Shown here: piece after piece, positions 60,601 to 64,000 of the stretch | How the letters are laid out: each line of letters opens with the position of its first letter | Numbering within the stretch: the first letter of the stretch is position 1 | The notes under the pieces: model-generated | Told to the model about the DNA's origin: nothing | What the model saw: the letters and a program-made list of their open reading frames with translations, nothing else | Database searches by the model: none | Program-made: the position numbers and the translations under genes | Origin: Antedon mediterranea | Lineage: Eukaryota > Animalia > Echinodermata | Direction: 5' to 3' | DNA: 64,000 nt | Assembly: GCF_964355755.1 (NCBI RefSeq) | Contig: NC_092677.1 | Coordinates: 11,182,101 to 11,246,100, forward strand

Positions 60601-63600
60601 GAAATGTACCAAAGAAATTTAATAAGCTTGTTTATGGCAGCCGATACCAAATAGTGGTTTTCCGTTTTGGCGACTTATAGCGTCGTGTGTGAAGCGATCT
60701 TCGACCGCGATGGAATGTAAACAAAACAGGACCGCTAGGCCTCATATGGCCTAGCGTATATTAGCCTGCCTAGCTTGGTTATGATCAAAGGTAGGTGTAT
60801 TTTTGGTGTATGGACGTCGCCAAATACAAAATAATGTATTACAACACACACTGTAGATCTTCGAATTAATGGGTGGGCTTATACCCGAGTGCCTCATTTT
60901 TCATGAAAATTAGTAAAAAGTCGGGGGTGGGCTTATACCCGAGTATGGGCTTATACCCGCGTCAGTACGGTATATTTTTTTTTTTACCGGAGAAATCTTA
61001 TGTGGGAGAATTTTACAGTAGGCGGAGGTATGCACTCTCGGAGTGGCTTTCTAGTTAATATAATAGTATTGATTGATGTTGATAATTTATAGCATTGATC
61101 AATGTTGATGGTATTAATGATGATTGATTGATATTGATGGTATTAATTATGATAACTGATAGTATTGATTGATATTAACGCTATTGACATGGAGATGGTT
61201 GAATATAAAATCATATTTTAAAATCTTCTGTACAGGTAATAGATATACTTGCCTTGCATTTACCACCTGAAAAGATTGTTCATCCTCTAATGCAAATAGT
61301 CCGACCCGCCCTGGAAAATCCGGATCCGTACCACAGAAAGGCCGGTCTGATTTGTATAGCTGTTTTAGCAGAAGGATGTGCAGATTATATAAGAAATAAG
61401 TATGTTATATAAAGTATATAAAATTGAAAACAAATTGTTCTAAAATGAACTGTACATAAACAATAACAGGAAATATAAATGTTTTTAACTAAAGAAAGAT
61501 CACTGAAGTATCACAAAATGTTGTTATCTTGACATTACTAAATCTGTGTCTTCTGTAAATATATAGTCACATAGTTGTTATAACTTAAATAAAACTGGTA
61601 TTTATTAGACATTGTCCACCACATACAGTGCAATGTCATTTTAGAAATTTGTAATAGGCAAACAGTACATAGTTTCTTTCATAATGACGAAGCTTATGCA
61701 AATGTGTTTTTCTGCTTTACAGACATCTAGAAGTAATGCTACAATATATATCAAAAGGCATGGAGGATGGCAGCCAGGTTGTGCACAATGCGGCACTCTT
61801 TGCTCTAGGCCAATTCTCAGAGCATCTTCAGCCTGACATAAGCAAGTATCATAGCCACATCCTGCCGCTGTTGTTCAGGTATCTGGGGCTTGCATCAGAG
61901 ACGGCAGATAAAGATCCTGCTGGCATCACACGGACATACTATGCACTGGAGATGTTCTGTGAAAATTTAGGTTGGTATCATCGCCATTATTGCTACATGA
62001 CCCTAGAAGGGTCACTAATGTTCTCTATATTTTATCACAACTGTAAGCTGAGAAATGCATCGAGATACTTAACATCATTGTTTTGATTTCCAAAATTCCA
62101 ATTACTTGGTGTTATTTATCAAAAACCAACCATAAAATGTGCTGATAAATATAAAAATAATTGTTGCTGCCTGTTTTGCAGGAGATGAACTTCTACCATA
62201 TCTACCAGCTTTAATGGAAAAACTACTTCACAATTTGCAGACATCAACTGCAGTACACACAAGAGAGTTAGCAATTAGTGCTATTGGTGAGTCTGAAGCG
62301 TTTAGTGTGGCTTGCACAAGAATGATACCATACCATTTAACAACTTTTAGACATCTACTGGTGTGAGAACGTTTACTTTGTGCTTAATGCGCATACAATA
62401 TTAGATTATGAGAAGTTGAATCTGTTCAGGCCTATGCTTACTCCTGGCAAGTTTGTGCTTAAAATTTTCCAAATACATATTATTAATGACATCATATATT
62501 TATTAAGGTTTCCAATGCTATAACCATCTGTTAATTTGCATTTCAGGTGCCACAGCAAATGCAGCGAAGCAGAACATGTGTCCATATTTTCTTCAAATTA
62601 TGGAGCCACTCAGAGGTTATCTACTGGAATCAGATATGGGCTCAGCATTAGTTTTAAAAATTCAGGCTGTAGGTATGTTAATAAATATGTGAATTGTATT
62701 TTCTAAAAGTTGTCAAGGGATTAGTGAATTTGATCAGTTGTACTATTTCTAAGGCTAACTTTGAATGATGTATTGGTTAGCTCCGCATGCATAATTACCT
62801 GCCTTGGCCCATCATCATCCAAATAATAGTTAAATCCAGACTGTATTCTGGCCTAGTGGTTCCCTTTTTTCTGATCTTTTTTTTATGTCTTGGTATTCCT
62901 CTTTTTCTTATTTTTCTGGTGTTCTCGTCTCTCTTCAGATACACTTGGCGTTTTAGCAAGAACAATAGGAGCGGAGAATTTCATACCATTAGTAAATGAG
63001 AGTATTCAATTAGGTTTACAGTTAATTAATGAGGTCAACGACCCTGATTTAAGGAGATGCACGTAAGTAGATAACTATATTCCAATTCAAGACAAATTTT
63101 GGACAATTTTACACACTTCAAAATTCTAATTAAAAAGTGACCAGTTTGTGACAAAAATCTTTTTTTTTAAAATTTGATAGGTATGGTCTGTTTGCTTCGA
63201 TATCTACTGTAATCAAAGAAGGCATGGCACCTCACTTAAATACAATTGTAAAGCTTATGATAGACTCCTTACAGTCAACAGAAGGAGTTGTGGTAAGTGG
63301 CTGGATGCCTCAGTCTAGCATTATTTTTTTATGGAAAGGTTTTCTCTGATGTAGGGTGGTTAAGAAAATATTTTTGTGTGTGTATGTATATTTGATAAAC
63401 AAGGCTCCCGTAGGTGAAAATCAGGTGGGAAGTACGATACTTATATTTGATCATGTTTACTGCTTCTTTTAGGCTCATTTCAAAGAAGATGAGAATGAAA
63501 TGCTGCAAGTATTTGGTGAGGATGATGGGGAATTAGACGAGGAAGAAGACATTAGTATAGAAGAGGAGGATGAAGAGGAAGATATTGAAGGGTACTACCA

Positions 63601-64000
63601 CAGATTTGTTCCTTTTATTGTATTATTTTTATACTCTTTTTATATCTTTTTATATTATAACTCCCTGTTTTATATCGGTCTGTTGTAAAAATATTACACG
63701 TTTCTGTACTCTGCAGATACAGTGTTGAGAATGCTTATCTTGAAGAAAAGGAAGACACATGCAATGCATTAGGAGAAATAGCTTTTAACAGTAGGTAAGA
63801 GAATAGTGATAAATCAACTATTTGTTACAATCATCAGATATTTACCCACCCTTGTTTGTTATATAAGTATAATAAACTCTGCATGGCTGTGTAATAAAGT
63901 CTTTATACTACTGTATAATCAAAATATTTTTGATCGGAATTGATAATGTTTAATCAATTTTCTTTCTTTTAGTTTGGCATTTTTACCACATATCGATGAA
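54670..64000 (+). CDS. IPO4: Importin-4 (karyopherin-beta HEAT-repeat receptor), 5' partial, continues past the window end
   Basis: Exons 54670-54759, 55329-55415, 55744-55823, 55937-55978, 56427-56559, 56903-57039, 57334-57376, 57833-58000, 58348-58431, 58727-58864, 61236-61399, 61723-61970, 62182-62286, 62547-62672, 62939-63062, 63181-63292, 63473-63591, 63717-63794, 63973-end. Peptides LLTPDNSIIQQAT, QIRQFAAVLMRR, CEAMELFDELVECEV, VIDILALHLPPEK, NAALFALGQFSEHLQP, YALEMFCENLG, DPDLRRCTYGLFA and GYSVENAYLEEKEDTC match importin-4. Confidence 0.93.
56636..56795. mobile_element. MITE family 1 copy in an IPO4 intron
   Basis: Both TIRs intact. Confidence 0.85.
57348..57457. repeat. 49-bp tandem duplication spanning an IPO4 exon/intron junction
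   Basis: TAGTCACATTTATAGGATCAGATGAAGT[G/A]GTAAGTGACATTCTTTTTAC x2.2. Confidence 0.85.
57559..57688. repeat. ~67-bp tandem duplication in an IPO4 intron
   Basis: ACTGACAAAA(AA)TGACAATGCTGTGGGTATCAGTGGCTGGATCTCAATGGAGATACAAAAAA twice. Confidence 0.85.
58885..59699. repeat. AT-rich, C-poor minisatellite (76-bp unit), interrupted by a Helentron-like element and resuming at ~61057-61190
   Basis: GATAGTATTGATTGATATTGATAGTATTAATGATGATTGTTGATTGATTGTATTGATGTTAATAATGATTGTAATT at 59403, 59479 and 59555, with degenerate neighbours. Confidence 0.9.
59702..61056 (+). mobile_element. Non-autonomous Helentron-like element (family H2) with nested MITE
   Basis: 5' TTACCTCCGCCAAGGAGGT hairpin, (GTTT)n microsatellite, 3' sub-TIR GGCGGAGGTA, stem-loop CACTCTCGGAGTG and CTAG end. 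Second copy at 24222-24839. Confidence 0.82.
60277..60970. mobile_element. Tc1/mariner (pogo-like) MITE with TA TSD
   Basis: 25-bp perfect TIR CCGTACTGACGCGGGTATAAGCCCA, TA on both sides and internal GGGCTTATACCCGAG repeats. Absent from the other H2 copy. Confidence 0.88.

Overview
AT-rich, intron-rich animal genomic DNA, probably an invertebrate (deuterostome/echinoderm-like by repeat content and style; this is inference). All genes are on the + strand. (1) A 7-coding-exon sorting nexin-16 gene (SNX16, CDS 1297-9325). (2) A tandem cluster of three ZNFX1-family SF1B RNA helicase/NFX1-zinc-finger genes. Copy A (CDS 14507-21123) is canonical with an intact C-terminal RZ finger. A frameshifted duplicate of its last ~0.75 kb follows directly (21125-21872). 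Copies B (26748-40344) and C (44177-52196) are two closely related derived paralogs. (3) The 5' part of importin-4 (IPO4, 54670 to the window end, including a GC-AG intron). The best candidate for an undescribed system is the ZNFX1 cluster. B and C keep every helicase motif but have lost the catalytic part of the RZ ubiquitin-ligase finger. They gained a basic NLS-like linker and a second, duplicated NFX1 zinc-finger array. All three promoters carry the same perfect NF-kB decamer; A adds overlapping STAT(GAS) and ISRE sites, and C adds a perfect GAS site. Introns and spacers hold many non-autonomous transposons (Harbinger-, hAT- and pogo-like MITEs, Helentron-type elements, a CORE-SINE, RTE relics) and minisatellites. 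There is also a family of 20-44 bp palindromes with 7-bp target duplications that look like P-element excision footprints. Exon boundaries were read by eye from GT/AG signals, frame continuity and remembered protein similarity; no transcript data or database searches were available.
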